This document shows, one piece after another, positions 51,526 to 64,000 of a stretch of DNA of 64,000 bases. Position 1 is the first letter of the stretch. The number at the start of each line of letters is the position of its first letter. The stretch comes from Gordius albopunctatus (Eukaryota), in contig OZ193909.1 of the NCBI GenBank assembly GCA_964276515.1, positions 14,570,001 through 14,634,000 of the forward strand, read 5' to 3'. The notes under the pieces are model-generated. The model worked only from the letters and a program-made list of their open reading frames with translations. It did not search any database and was not told where the DNA came from. The translations under genes were made by a program, and so were the position numbers.

Positions 51526-53624
51526 CATATGGGTGCTATTTTCCCTCCTAACCGTAATGTGCGGGTATGCTCCCCAAATTGGTTGTTTGGAATCAGAGAA
51601 AGACATATTCTTCGATTCATTGGAAAAGGAAATACAAGGAATAGGACAGGAAGAAAGGCTAATTATTGGGGCAGATTTCAACGCTCACGTTGAGAAAGAT
51701 CGCCTCGGGTATGAACGCAATCATGGAGGCTATGGGCATGGTCTGAAGAACAAAGAAGGGGAAAACCTTCTCCAAGTATCCCAAGCATATGACATGGCGA
51801 TCGTTAACACCTATTTTCAAAAGTGCGAAGATCCTATTGTGACATATAGAAGTGGGAAGCATTTTAGTCAAATCGACTATTTGCTTATACGGCGAAAGGA
51901 CTTATGGAGTATCAAGTATTGCAAAGTGATACCGGGAGAAGAAATCGCCAGGCAACATTGTCCCCTTGTTATGGATCTTGACAGAAGAGTATTTCCCGAA
52001 AGAAGAAAGGTCTATGAACCTCGAATTCGATACGAAAGGCTAAAGGATACGTCGACGAACAAAAAATACCATCATAATGCCTGCTCACTCTTGGGTGCAA
52101 GGAAGTTGCAAAGGGACGTAGACGACGATTGGGAGACGCTATCTAAGGACGTTAAGGAAACAGCGATTCGTGTTCTAGGAAAGACCAAATGAGGTAAAGC
52201 CATGAATAGGGAACTATGGTGGTGGGATCAATTGGTTAGAGATTTCATCAAAAGAAAGAAGGATCTATATAGACGGTGGCATAAATAAAAAAACTCGGAG
52301 GATTATCAAAAGTACAGGGACGCAAAGAGGGTCGCAAAAAAGGCCGTTGCAAAAGCGAAGAATGCCGCGTACACCGAGATGGCAAACAAACTGCATCATA
52401 AAGGGGGCGATAGGCTTATGTACAAATTGGCCAAGATAAGGGAGAAGAAAAGTCGTGATGTCGGAGTTCTTAAAATAGTCAAAAGCGAGAATGGTCAAAC
52501 CTTATTCAAGCCGAAAGAAGTGATGGAAAGGTGGAGAGGATATTTTAAGAAACTTATGAATATTGCAAATGACAAGGATTCCCTTCCCGAAATTGAGCCA
52601 AATATAATTATGGTCGAACTCTTTCAGGAGGATGAAGTTTAGGACAAAAATGAACAAGATGCAAAAAGGAAAAGCAAATGGTCTAGATGGAATACCTATG
52701 GAAGCATTGCTCGGATGTCGTGAAGAAGGAGTCGCCACCATGACGAACCTCCTTAACAAGATATTGGTAGAAGAGCAAATCCCTAATCAATGGAGAGCAA
52801 GCACGATTATACCATTATTTAAAGGCAAAGAAAACCCTCAGGACTGCGGCAATTACAGAGGTATCAAGTTAACTTGCCACTCCTTAAAGCTTTTGGAAAG
52901 GATCTTAGTAACAAGGCTGAAAAGCGAGGTGGAAATATCGGGTAATCAATTCGGATTCGCGGCCGGAAAATCCACAATCGACCCAATCTTCGCTCTGAGA
53001 CAAATGATGGATAAGTATGGTGAAAAAAGGAAAGACCTACATATGGTTTTTATCGACTTGGAGAAAGCTTATGACACGGTCCCCCGCGACTTAATATGGT
53101 GGTGCCTGAGGAAACGAAATATCCCTGACGCATATATATGGCTTAAGAAAAATATTTATGAAGCTTCAAACTCTTGCGTTAGGACGACAGTTGGAGACTC
53201 TAAACCTTTTCGGGTTAATATTGGATTACATCAAGGCTCTGCTTTAAGTCCCTTTTTATTTAATATAATTATAGACACGATAACGAGGGACGTTGAAAAG
53301 CCTTCGCCATGGTGTATGCTATATGCCGATGATATAGTACTATGCGAGGAAAAAAGGGAGAAAGTATTCGAAGAAGCCGAAAAATGGTCAAAGCGCTTAG
53401 CTGGATATGGTTTAACCCGACAGGGACCACTAATTTTTGCACGGTTAAATTTTATAAAAAAATAAGTTTCTAGGGTCACTAGGGTATAGTAACAACAAAT
53501 CACTGAAAATTTTTTGAAAAATATTGACCCCGGGTAGATAGAGGGGTGTCACCTAAAAGTGACATTGGGAAGGCCAAAAATGCAACATTAATTTTTTTAT
53601 TAAAATCAGCTACAATATAATTAA

Positions 53625-55285
53625 TTATAATTCATGATAGGTAGCCCAACATTTTAAATGCAATCCGGCGTTACAATATGAAAATTTTAGGCGAGTGGCC
53701 TTCTTACAAACTTTACAACGCCTCTGAGAACAGGGTTCTTTTTGATGCTCTTTTATGTTAGGTTTATATTTCGTTAAACACGAATACACGTTTCTTTTGG
53801 GTTGAATACCCTATTTCCTTAAATATGACATCACAATCGATCTTCGGAAGTTGCATAATGACTGATAATCATTGTTTGAGTTGTAAATTTGCCATGCATT
53901 TTGGCAGGCCGCATCTATTCCAAATGCTAACAAAGGAAAATAACATTTTTTACCTCTGTAAGAAATTCTTGTAGATTGTACGTTCTGATCAAATCGATCA
54001 ACCCCACCCATATATTTATTGTACATTTGGACCATAAATGGACAATCGACTTGAATTTTTGATTTTACCTTATTTATTGAACCTATTCTGGATACTTTAC
54101 TTATTGGATTGCTACCATGACAATTTGATAGCATGTTGACAATGCAATTGTCATTCCATTGAATCGCAACTATATTTGAAGTTACTTTTTTAACGAAATA
54201 GCCTCGGCCTTTTTTTAACACTTTAGGATCTGCCAGAGGACATTTAATTCGATTGACCCTGACGGTTCCCGTAGCGCCGATGTTTTTTTTGAAAGAGCAT
54301 TTAATAATTTTGTGCTTGTGAAGTAATTATCGAAATAAATATTATAAGGAGAATAATCATTTGGTAATTTATCCAGAAGATTCATTATGACAGCTCCTCC
54401 TAAACCGAAAGTTTTTTGCTGTGATAAAATATATGATGAACCCTGATAAAGGTCAAAACTAATAAGGTATCCCGACCTTGTTGCGGCCGTCCAGAGTTTA
54501 TACCCAAAGCGCATTGGCTTTCCTTTTATAAATTGTTTCGTAGTATGGCGCCCATAGTAGGGAACGATGGTTTCATCCATTGAAATATTTGAAGTTCTTA
54601 CATATTTAAAATTATTCCTAAATCGTTTGTCTAAAAGATCAAAGAACTGTCGAACTTTGGCGAATTTGTCGACCGAGTCTAAATTTGAATTGTCGCATAG
54701 ATGTAAATACTTTGTTATTTCTTTGAATCTGTTGCGGCGCATTCCATATGAAACCATTTGATTGTAAGAATCGGATTTTAATTCCCAAAACATTTTAATA
54801 TTTTTCGGAGTCAAATATCCAGTAAGAAGTAAGATGGCAATATAAATTTTAAGCTCCTCCTTTGTAAAGTTCAAATTTATATTGTGCTGTTTAGCGTATA
54901 GATTTGTCATTTCTACAATGAATGTCACAATTTCATCGCTAAAAATTTTTTCGAAATAATCTTCTGTGGTTGGTAAATTCATGACATCGACGTCAGTCCT
55001 ATCATCTTCTTTGCGACCACACGGGGAAAAAACCTTTTCATCATCTTGCCAATTTAAATTACCTTTAATGGATGTACCCTCTAGGTTTGAGGAACAGATG
55101 ACCTCAATAGAAAACGTAAGCATTGATCTTGGTAGATGATCCAAATCAGCCTCAATTTCATCGCCACTTTCTTGGTCAGTGTCACCATCGTTGTTGGAGG
55201 AAATATGGTAACTTGTTCCACATTTAAATTAGAATATTCTACTTCTTCTAAAAGGTCATTTAATGTTCTAAAGATTTGGGCCCAT
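53625..55285 (-). pseudogene. piggyBac transposase (PGBD2/3-like), frameshifted
   Basis: SMDET, KQFIKGKPMRFGYKLW, FDNYFTS, YNKYMGGVDRFDQ motifs and a C-terminal RRCKVC...CNAGLHLKCWATYH cysteine-rich domain. Confidence 0.9.
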
Positions 55286-56424
55286 AAGCACTAATGGACA
55301 TAATAAATAACGCATTAACCAACTAGATGCAAAATCGTAAAATTAAATTTCAAAAATAGCGAATATACAATAACATATATATTTTTTAAATATAATACAT
55401 ATTCAAAAGTTCCTGTATAGCAAATAAATAAACATAGGTGTGTTATTAAGTAATACATATAGATGCGTTTAATAAATTAAAATTTTATAAAGTTTTTTAT
55501 TAATCACTAATAGGGTGAAAACGTCTTCAGCCATACTAAAACCTATATAAAAAAGGATTAAATATAAATTTGTTATTAAGCGATACATATAAACTCATTT
55601 AATAAATTGGAATTGTATAAAGTTCTATATTTGCTATAATATACAATGTCTTCCGCCATGCTAAGATATATAGTATAGAAAATAAGTAAACATAAGGTTG
55701 TTATTGGGCAATACATATAAGCAAGCATATAATAAATTAAAACCTTGATTATTGGGCAATATTATTATAAGCATTTATTTAATAAATTAAGCCTTACACT
55801 GCATAAATAAATTTGCATTATTTTGGTTATGACAATAAATATAAGTAACATATATTATGGGAAAATTTATAGCATAAAGGATAAATTAGTTTGATATAAG
55901 ACAGTATATTTAAGAAACATATGTTACAGTAATGAATGCTTTAATAATAGAACTATAATAGATATTTATCTGTATAAAATACAATTTTGAGTTGCCTATG
56001 AGAATTCTTAATACCTATTTTTGTCACTCTACAATTATTTTTAATATTAGTAGAAAAATTCAAATTATACTTTTACAAATATACTTATAAACTTCTTATA
56101 ATGTATATGTGATTCATGAAAAATCCATCTTTCTCAATCTTATACATTTTTATTTTCCCATCTTTCTTGGTAAGAGTTAACTACTTGAGAAATATAAACG
56201 GTAATTACTATGGATATTTTAATCTCTAGTTGAAAACAAGTAGGTAACCCTATTCTTATCAATATATTTGTAGAGCTATTGAGTCACTCATGGCAAAACC
56301 TTCATTTTATTAATTTATATTTAAACATCAAAACAAATACTTAAATTCATTGCTCAAATAAATTCCAACTTAAGAGTGTTTATATATCCGCAACTTCTTT
56401 ATTTACAAATCGATATAATATGTA

Positions 56425-56907
56425 CACTTGTCGTAGTAAATAATTAAAATATAATATATCGATCGGATAAGGTAAATGTTGAACGATGGCCGTTGAGAAA
56501 TTGCCGTGAGATCCATCTGTTAGAATTAGTGCCCTCTACGAGTAATTGGGGGTGTTGGCAAGGGGGACCGTTTGGTTCTTCGTTCATGCTACCGTTAGAC
56601 CAGCGTGATCTAAAGATGGAAATAAAATATCCCTCCCGCCCACACGACTAACGAGTAGAAAACAAACAAATGACTGCTTCCGCAGGACTAAATAACAAAT
56701 TAAACAACTGATCATATCATGGCAAAATGCCCACTATTTAAACCCTGGAGGGATGCTTCCCGACAGTTCGATATACTGCACGTCTCCACTAACTTGAGGC
56801 CTGCCATTTGCATATTCGTTTACCGAATATTTTACTCTCACACTCATTACTTTGAGCCTTATCTCTCTCACTTATTTGCATAAGCGTAAAGGCATCTACA
56901 ACAAGTG
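56425..56907. mobile_element. Nested 0.48-kb insert: solo LTR (TG 56429...CA 56903) or TA-flanked MITE
   Basis: GC-richer island with inverted ends TACACTTGTCGTAG / CTACAACAAGTGTA and an internal TATTTAAA. Confidence 0.5.
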
Positions 56908-59889
56908 TATTCAAAATGTTTATTAATATGAGTAAACTGGGATAATACTATCATTGGCATTGTTAATATATATTCTTAATTTCCCATCTTTCTTGGTGTT
57001 AAGTACCTAAAAGATACAAAGATGGAAGGTAAATAAATTGCTCTGCAGATTGCACTTTCAGACCATGATTCCATCATTACTGTTTTTTGAATTAGATTGA
57101 TACTTGGCTGATAACTAGATTGCATAAAGCATTATGATAATATAACAGAGGATTTTAAATGTCATGCAAAGTAAGGTTGATTGAATAATGTAGGAATTGA
57201 TTATTTTACATTAATATATTGCCAATGCGACATAAGAACTAATTTATGTTATGTCCAATGTTGAGGAAATTTTTCAAATGTTTTGATTGGTTTTAAGGAT
57301 TTTGGCCATTAGTTCTTTTGGCCATAAGTGGTTCTAAATCAAATATTTAAAAAAATTTATAATAAAATTATATTACAGACACAAAATCAAACGTCTTTTT
57401 TGACTTTTTTTTTTGTTTTTGCTGTAAATAAAATTAAGGAATGAAGACCAAGACTTAATAAAAGAAGGCTTACAAAAGTTTAATTGAGTAAAATATAACT
57501 TAGGTGCTAACAAACAACGTTAAAAACGCCAAAAACTAGGTAAATATCTTATTGTTCAAAAATGCCCTTCCCAATGTCACTTTTAGGTGACGTTATATTT
57601 TATACTTAAAAATAACTATGATATATTTATAATTAATAAAATATATTTATATCAAAATATTAAGCAAGAATCATTATTGAGGAACATTCAAAAATATATT
57701 TTGCACTCACGTTCGATTTTCCATTAAATTTAATAATTTGGAAGAGTTCAAAAAATAAAAAAATTGCGAACTTTGGAATGCTATAATTTTTAAACAATGG
57801 ATTCGGAAAGGAAAGACGTTGTGTGAGCTTATTTGGCAACATCTCTTTTGTAAAATTCAATTAAAAAAAATAATTTGGAATAAATACTTTTTGAGTAATC
57901 ATCCATCAAATGGGTGTAACATAAAAGTTACATTGGTCCCTCTCGGATTAAAGGTCAACGATAGAAAAACGGTATACATGGAAATGAACGGTACAGGCAC
58001 CCCATCGCTGGATGACCATCTAAGGTACCAAAAAGTAGACAGGTTCACATACCTCGGCTCGATGCTACATCAAAAGGGAGGTTGCACAATAGAAGTCAAT
58101 GCCCGGATACAAAAAGGATGGCTTAAATGGCGAAGTATACCCGGTGTAATGTGTGACAAGAAAATGCCAATATGGTTGAAGAGCAAAGCTTACAAATCCA
58201 TCGTAAGATCGGTGTTACTCTATGGAAGTGAAACATGGGCATTAAAAACCACGGAATTAAAGCTATTACAAGCCACAGAGATGAGAATGATACGGTGGAG
58301 CTTGGGGTATACTAAGCTCGATCATATGACGAAAGACTTTCTCATGACAAAAATGGGTATTCAACCTATGGCGGACATGATTAACGAAAATCGGCTAAGG
58401 TGGTATGGGCATATACTAAGGAGGGATACGGAGGACGTAAATCGAAAAGTACTGGACATGGAGGTACCGGGGAAGAGAGTAAGAGGACGACCCCGTGTCA
58501 CGTGGAAAGGGCAAGTCGATAAAGTTATGGAAACTAAAGAGATTACTCAAGACATGGCACTCACCCGGTCAAGATGGAAGAAACTTATCAAAACAAACCC
58601 CACAAATGTGGGACCAAATAACTGATAAAGAAGAAGAAGATTTGTTGTCCTCACAGTAATTCAAATTCCACTCCCATTGTGTGTATAATTGTGGCACCAT
58701 ATTTTCTCTATGACATTTCCAAGCTAAGCCTTTAAAAACCTTTATAGACGCCTTTACAAAAGCAATGAATTTATGGGCAATCTTCCTCCTTTTCTCTAAT
58801 TAACCATTTATTATCGAACGCTTTTCAATCCATCTGATATGTTGACCTGTCTGGTATAATAGGTTTTCCATATTTCCACTTTCCCCTAAGAGTTTTCCAC
58901 CTTTCCTATCCTTAAATTTGTGACTCATAGGTTTTCCCTCTAAGGTTTACTAGAGTTTTTAAAGTTCCTCAAAAAGGAACTAGTTTTAATTCATCGCTCC
59001 TACCCTGAAAAAAGTAATTTAGTTCCAAGTTCCTACTTTTTAAAATTGAACGAATTCAAGTTCCAGTTCTTCTAAAGTTTTCTTTTTAAAAAGTTGTATA
59101 AATAAAGTTATTTATTGAAGTTTATAATGTACTTATATTCATCGGTTTTATAGTGACTATTTTTTCCTTGTTAAAAGTGTGCTCTTCTTTGGTTAGAATC
59201 TCTTCCTGAAATTATGGAAATATATAATTACATTCCTACCCGAGGTCTGCAAATACAAAATTATTAGAGTCGAATCCTTCCCGAGCCAAAATTGATATGA
59301 TTTTGATTTTAGTTGCAAATTTGACGTTTTCTGGATCCGCTCGCCAAGATAGTAAGTATATTTTTGTACATAGGGCTCAGTCCAACAGGAATAAAAAATG
59401 ACACAAAACTTTATAAAGATTGATCAAGAAAGTATATATATATTCGTGGTAAGATTTTAATTTGATGAATAGAGTAAAAAGAATAAGTGATTTAGAATAT
59501 CGTGGGATGTACTATTTTTATAAGAATCTCGGGCTAAGTTTTAAAAGGGTTTCCAAAACCACTAAAGAAGCCAAAATGTTTGATAAAGTATTGCATATAT
59601 TAGCTACCATTTAGTCCCAATCAATCACCTTTAAGATATTTCATTAAACCAAACCCAGCCAAATAGTTGTCCATGGTATGCTATTGATTAGAAATTGCTA
59701 ATAATGATGCATTTTAATTACGAAGTTTTGAATTGCCTCGGAAGCCATTGGAAATTGTCCTTTAATAACAGCTCATTATCAAGTTTTACAAAATATATCT
59801 TCAATAGTGTAGACATATAAAATTTAATTTATTGTATATGCGCCAATGATATATACACTATTTATCACAACTATAATAAAAATACAAAT

Positions 59890-62800
59890 TTAACAGAGTA
59901 TATTGACGGATTTTAATGCGTCTTGGACCCACAGAGGAATGCTGCCACCGGAATAATAATTCTTTAGAAAAGTGTTCACGAAATCTGGAAATTTATCATT
60001 TATAATGCTATTCCTCATATCCTTCATCAGTTTAAACTACGAGATAATAAAAATACTTAATGCAATATAATTTAAACTCATACAATAAGGCTACTAGTTT
60101 CACAATAATGTATTGGGAGAGAATAAAGCACTTGATTCAATATGTAAAAAGTGGCATATGGATCACCGTTATATTTAATGCTTCGCCTAAAAATAGGTGC
60201 ACTTAAGTAAATAAACAAATTTTTCTTTATTTTTCTGACTTAAACAATAGACAAAAAAAGGGATAGAATGGGGTCATAATAAGACGCACAAAAACGCAAA
60301 TGTTATTTTCCTCAGTGAATGTGCAAAATTATAAAAAGAGCAATATAAAATTATTAAGTAAGAACAGAAATATTAAGAATCCAATTTTTGAACCAAAATT
60401 AGTATCTATACACCTTTTGTCAATACCCCTCACACCACTAAATGTTTAAAGCTATATTTATGCCAGTCTCGCAATTTAACTTTTAATTACAAAAAATTAA
60501 ATCTTCATCTCAGCAAACAATTTCGCACCGATTAGACAGCAACGACGACATTTTAAAGCCTTCTCGCTGTCTCCAAGCAAATAAGCTCAAAAGAGCATTT
60601 TTTTGTTTATTTATAACATACGTATTTTGTTGTTTCAATAAATAACTAACTTGATAATGCAGGTTGTGAATAGTTATAAGGTGACAGGCGTTGGGTGTTT
60701 GACAGGCTATGTGATGGAGGTAGGAACGGCTATGCCTAGCGCAAGTGAAACACTTACAATCAGCATCGATGGGTGAAAAATCTTGGGAGTATTCCGCTTT
60801 TTTCAAATTCATAAAACCCCACGGAACTAAGGCGCGTCCAAATCTCTATTTGCAAGCAAAAATAAGAACAAAAATTGGATAATATAATTTTTTTAACTTA
60901 ATAAGTTAGTGTAGAGTTAAAGGTTAAATAAGTCTGTCTACTAATATAAACGCTAGAGTAAAACAATTATATAATAAAAAATTTAAGTTATAGGCGAGCC
61001 TAAATCAGGAACAGCATTATACAGGTTTTTCTCATGACGATTAACAAACGCTCATGTCCAATTAATATAAATATTTTAGCAGCTATAATTTATCAGCCCC
61101 TTACACCAATAAAGCTCGAAGGTAAAAAAATTGTCAACAAACGGTAAAATATAAGTACAATAGAGTAGATATATATTGAATAGGGAAAACACTTATTTTA
61201 AAAATCTAAAGTAAGTTAGCACATTAAATTCATATTAATGGATTAATTAACATACGGCGGTTCGAGTTGGAAATACGCAATCGAACATATCAACACCAAG
61301 TGCAACGCAAACAAGCATGTCCAAGGCGTACCTGAAACAGACATTTTATATATTTAGTGGATGACTACAAAAAGTTAACCTAATCTCATACAAATAGAGA
61401 AAAATCTCATATTTCATTACATTTAATAAAAATTTGCTTAAATTGGTAACTAATATTCCAATAATGGGCGTAGCCAGAGGGTGGCAGGGAGGGGAGACTG
61501 CGCCTCTCTAAAAATTTCTTATATAAGATTATAGCTAAAATTTTATAAAAATATTCATTTTGCCCCCACCCCCTAAATCGTTTCTGCTCCTCCCCCCTCT
61601 ATTGCAATGCTGGCCACGCCCATGCCACGTGACAAGATATAAACATTACCCGACGCCCATGGAGTAGCGGGGCTTGGAGGGTGGGAGCAAGTCTGTGCAA
61701 AGTGAAACAGTCTTCCAAAACTTATCCTTCTCTTCTCCCCCGCTGAGACCGCCGATAGCATAACCAGGCATATCCCGAGATACCATTTCTACGAAGCGTA
61801 AACACAAAAACCGCAACTTTTTATAATTTAGTAAGTATCATATGGACCGCATTAAATTTTTTGTCAATAAAAATATTAAAATCTGAAATGATTGAAATAT
61901 ATTATGAAAATATCAAAATAGTAAATCTCCATAAACGCGTACATGGGCGTTGCCAGCATTGAAATTTGTGGGGGGAGGCAATAATGATTTGGGGAGGGGC
62001 AAAATGAACATTTTTTGAAATTTTAGCCGTAATTTTAATAAATTTAAACAACTTTTTGGATTTATGGGGGGGGGGGCATCCGTCCCTATTTGCCCCCTTG
62101 GCTATACCCATGAATGCGTATAATATGAAGCGTGGCAATTCAACGTATTTTTATGAAAATAATTGTAAGACTTTAGTTTCTAGATACAATTAGGAATTCA
62201 CTCAATCTCAACAACTTTGCTACAATATTAAATGTTTCATTATATAGCCACCTTCAAAACGCGCATTTAAACCAAAAATTTGAAACAAAATTAATAATAT
62301 TAATGCACACAATAATAAACTTCATAATTTTTTAAATACCATTTCTAAATAAAATTTCTAAGCTGAAAATCTTTGTAAAAGAGCTTTTTTGAACAAATCC
62401 ATTTTTATACTAATTTAGGCAAATAGTTAAATTACTTCAAGCAATGTTTTATTAAAGGCTTAACAAAAATTATCTGTACAGAACTTTGTGTATTTTGGAC
62501 TTATAGTTCATGAGATACAAGGCATTGACTCATATAGACCCAGTAAACGCAGTATAATAAAATTATTTTTTGTTTTTCAAAATATGTTTTTGTTTAAGTT
62601 AAATCTGATTCGTGAAGGAATAATTTGACTCATTAGTTAAAAAAATTTTTTAGTCAAACATCAAATTGTTATTGTACTAACCCCTAATCAAAAGTTGTGA
62701 TTTTTTTAACCAATTTCTATTGCTTTACTATATATATTCTCATTTTTTCTATTAAACGGTTCTAAAATGTAAACTTATGGTTGAAATATAGACTTTATGG

Positions 62801-63507
62801 GCTCAAATTAAGCACTTAGATTGCAAATTTTTAATGTAACCTTATAATTTTAAAATTGCAACGAGTTAAACCTTTGGGTCATATTCATCCGTAAAACCAA
62901 CCGAGGTGGTAAAAAATGAAGATTAACTAAGCCAATACCGTGAAAAACGCTAGGATATATAGCTTTAAATTACGTATAGTGAATAGACCGAAAAAATATA
63001 TTTCGACAGAAAACATGCTATTTCTCCAAAATCATACAAATCGTAACATAAAATTAAACCGCACAAAGTCTTTTAAAATAATGATTTTGCACTTGAAACA
63101 ATGCTTTTTTACCAACTTATTCAAATTTAAAATTCATATCATTTCTAATGCCAAAGCAAAAATTTTTCTTACAAAAAAATGTCTTTGGAGAAAATTTAAT
63201 ATTTTATATATTAATTTCCCCGAAAATAACTAAATAAAAAAAGGTCTTTAATTATACGATAGTAAAAATTAGCCTTTTTCGGCCGGAAACACAGGTATTA
63301 GGTGACCTTAAAAATAGTGTATTGGTATCAAACATTTCTTGAAATTTTTCAGGCCACACCATGTGTGAAAGGCACTAACACTATAGTATACCTCGACAAC
63401 AGATGGTTCTAAGGTCGGGATCTAGGCCTCCCTGAATTATGGCGAATAAGCTTTGTTCGTTAGGCTTTTGATGAGCTGTTATGCAACGGTCCAACCAACG
63501 TATGGAC
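59890..63507 (-). CDS. QTRT1: Queuine tRNA-ribosyltransferase catalytic subunit, last five exons (5' part beyond the window)
   Basis: Exons 63507-63392 ([17 protein letters not shown]), 61788-61650 ([20 protein letters not shown]), 61331-61256 ([14 protein letters not shown]), 60845-60651 (RFG..CKCFTC..IHNLHYQ), 60036-59890 ([16 protein letters not shown], stop); GT-AG and phase-consistent. Confidence 0.95.
61942..62112. mobile_element. Intronic MITE (CATGGGCGT family)
   Basis: TIRs CATGGGCGTTGCC / GGCTATACCCATG; flanks AACGCGTA / AATGCGTA. Confidence 0.75.
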
Positions 63508-64000
63508 CTGAGGGAAAAAACAATTTATGTACATTGACGGCTAATAGAAGAAAAAGCTACAAAAGGCAAAACAACAAAATTTGACTTTAAAATTTTACAA
63601 TTTCTTTGTCTGAACAACCAATGCAGGCCAATTTGTTAATTTCTAGGGTTAAGCATAGCCCTCTTTATTTTAAAAAGTCTAGGTTTGCAAAATATTGTCT
63701 TTTAAGAATATTCTTATAAAGTTTATATTGTAGGCAGGGTATGGCATATTAAATTTGTTTAAGTTAGGTGTAATCATCACCCAAATTATCTTGCATCAAG
63801 TTTCATGTTATGGCAGCAAAATCTAATGGTTTCTTTCATTGGGAGTATGAATACTTTAAAGAAATAAAGCTATTAATCCTGATGGAAAGATGTTAAAGCA
63901 AAGCACATAAGACAATATTAAAAATCTGAAATTTAAAAAATAAATGGCTATTATAAAATAAGATATTAAACCATGAAATAAAACCCTAAGTTAAAGGCCC

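Larger units (their letters stand above)
53416..57947 (-). mobile_element. piggyBac transposon with decayed transposase
   Basis: TTAA TSD on both sides; TIR CCCGACAGGGACCA / TGGTCCCTCTCGGA; subterminal inverted repeat GTCACCTAAAAGTGACATTGGGAAGG near 53548 and 57565. Confidence 0.95.
51545..58640 (+). mobile_element. RTE LINE split by a piggyBac insertion (parts 51545-53415 and 57948-58640)
   Basis: APE motifs (YAPQ, GADFNAH), RT (FIDLEKAYD, LYADD). Removing 53416-57951 restores GYG-LKVNDRKTVYM. (AAG)n tail at about 58628-58640. Confidence 0.93.

Noticed and set aside
57819..57947. N-terminus of the 268-aa ORF
   Set aside because: It is piggyBac terminal DNA in frame with the resumed RTE ORF, not a fusion gene.
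60510..60650. C-terminal part of the 100-aa ORF (VSYLLKQ...)
   Set aside because: Read-through into a QTRT1 intron after the GT donor at 60650.
400..63233. Numerous 60-110 aa ORFs in repeats and antisense to TE genes
   Set aside because: Low-complexity translations of HINE, MITE or satellite DNA, or shadow frames, with no recognisable motifs.

Overview
AT-rich invertebrate (metazoan) nuclear DNA, mostly transposon-derived; no prokaryotic features, CRISPR or rRNA. Host genes: a tandemly duplicated single-exon histidine acid phosphatase (1231-2367, 8372-9508); a Polycomb/CBX gene (19238-20181, +) and a MAGE/Nse3 gene (33765-34632, -), both split by 33-58 bp introns and only partly seen by the ORF track; and the last five exons of QTRT1/tgt (59890-63507, -). 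Mobile DNA: a CsRn1-type Gypsy nested in a piggyBac-like MITE, two more decayed Gypsy elements, three RTE LINEs (one split by a piggyBac), a CRE-type RLE fragment, hAT, P/THAP and Foldback-like elements, and abundant DINE-1/HINE-like repeats. Most unusual: a retroelement at 21925-~24898, with a divergent 5'-truncated relative at ~42975-43835. It has DIRS/PAT-like Gag and RT-RNase H but no tyrosine recombinase, integrase or endonuclease. Both copies share a 3' cassette: acidic tail, stop, AACCCCGT, TATA box, CTCGCGATTATA, AATAAA, paired hairpins. All identifications come from motif recognition by eye; no searches were run.
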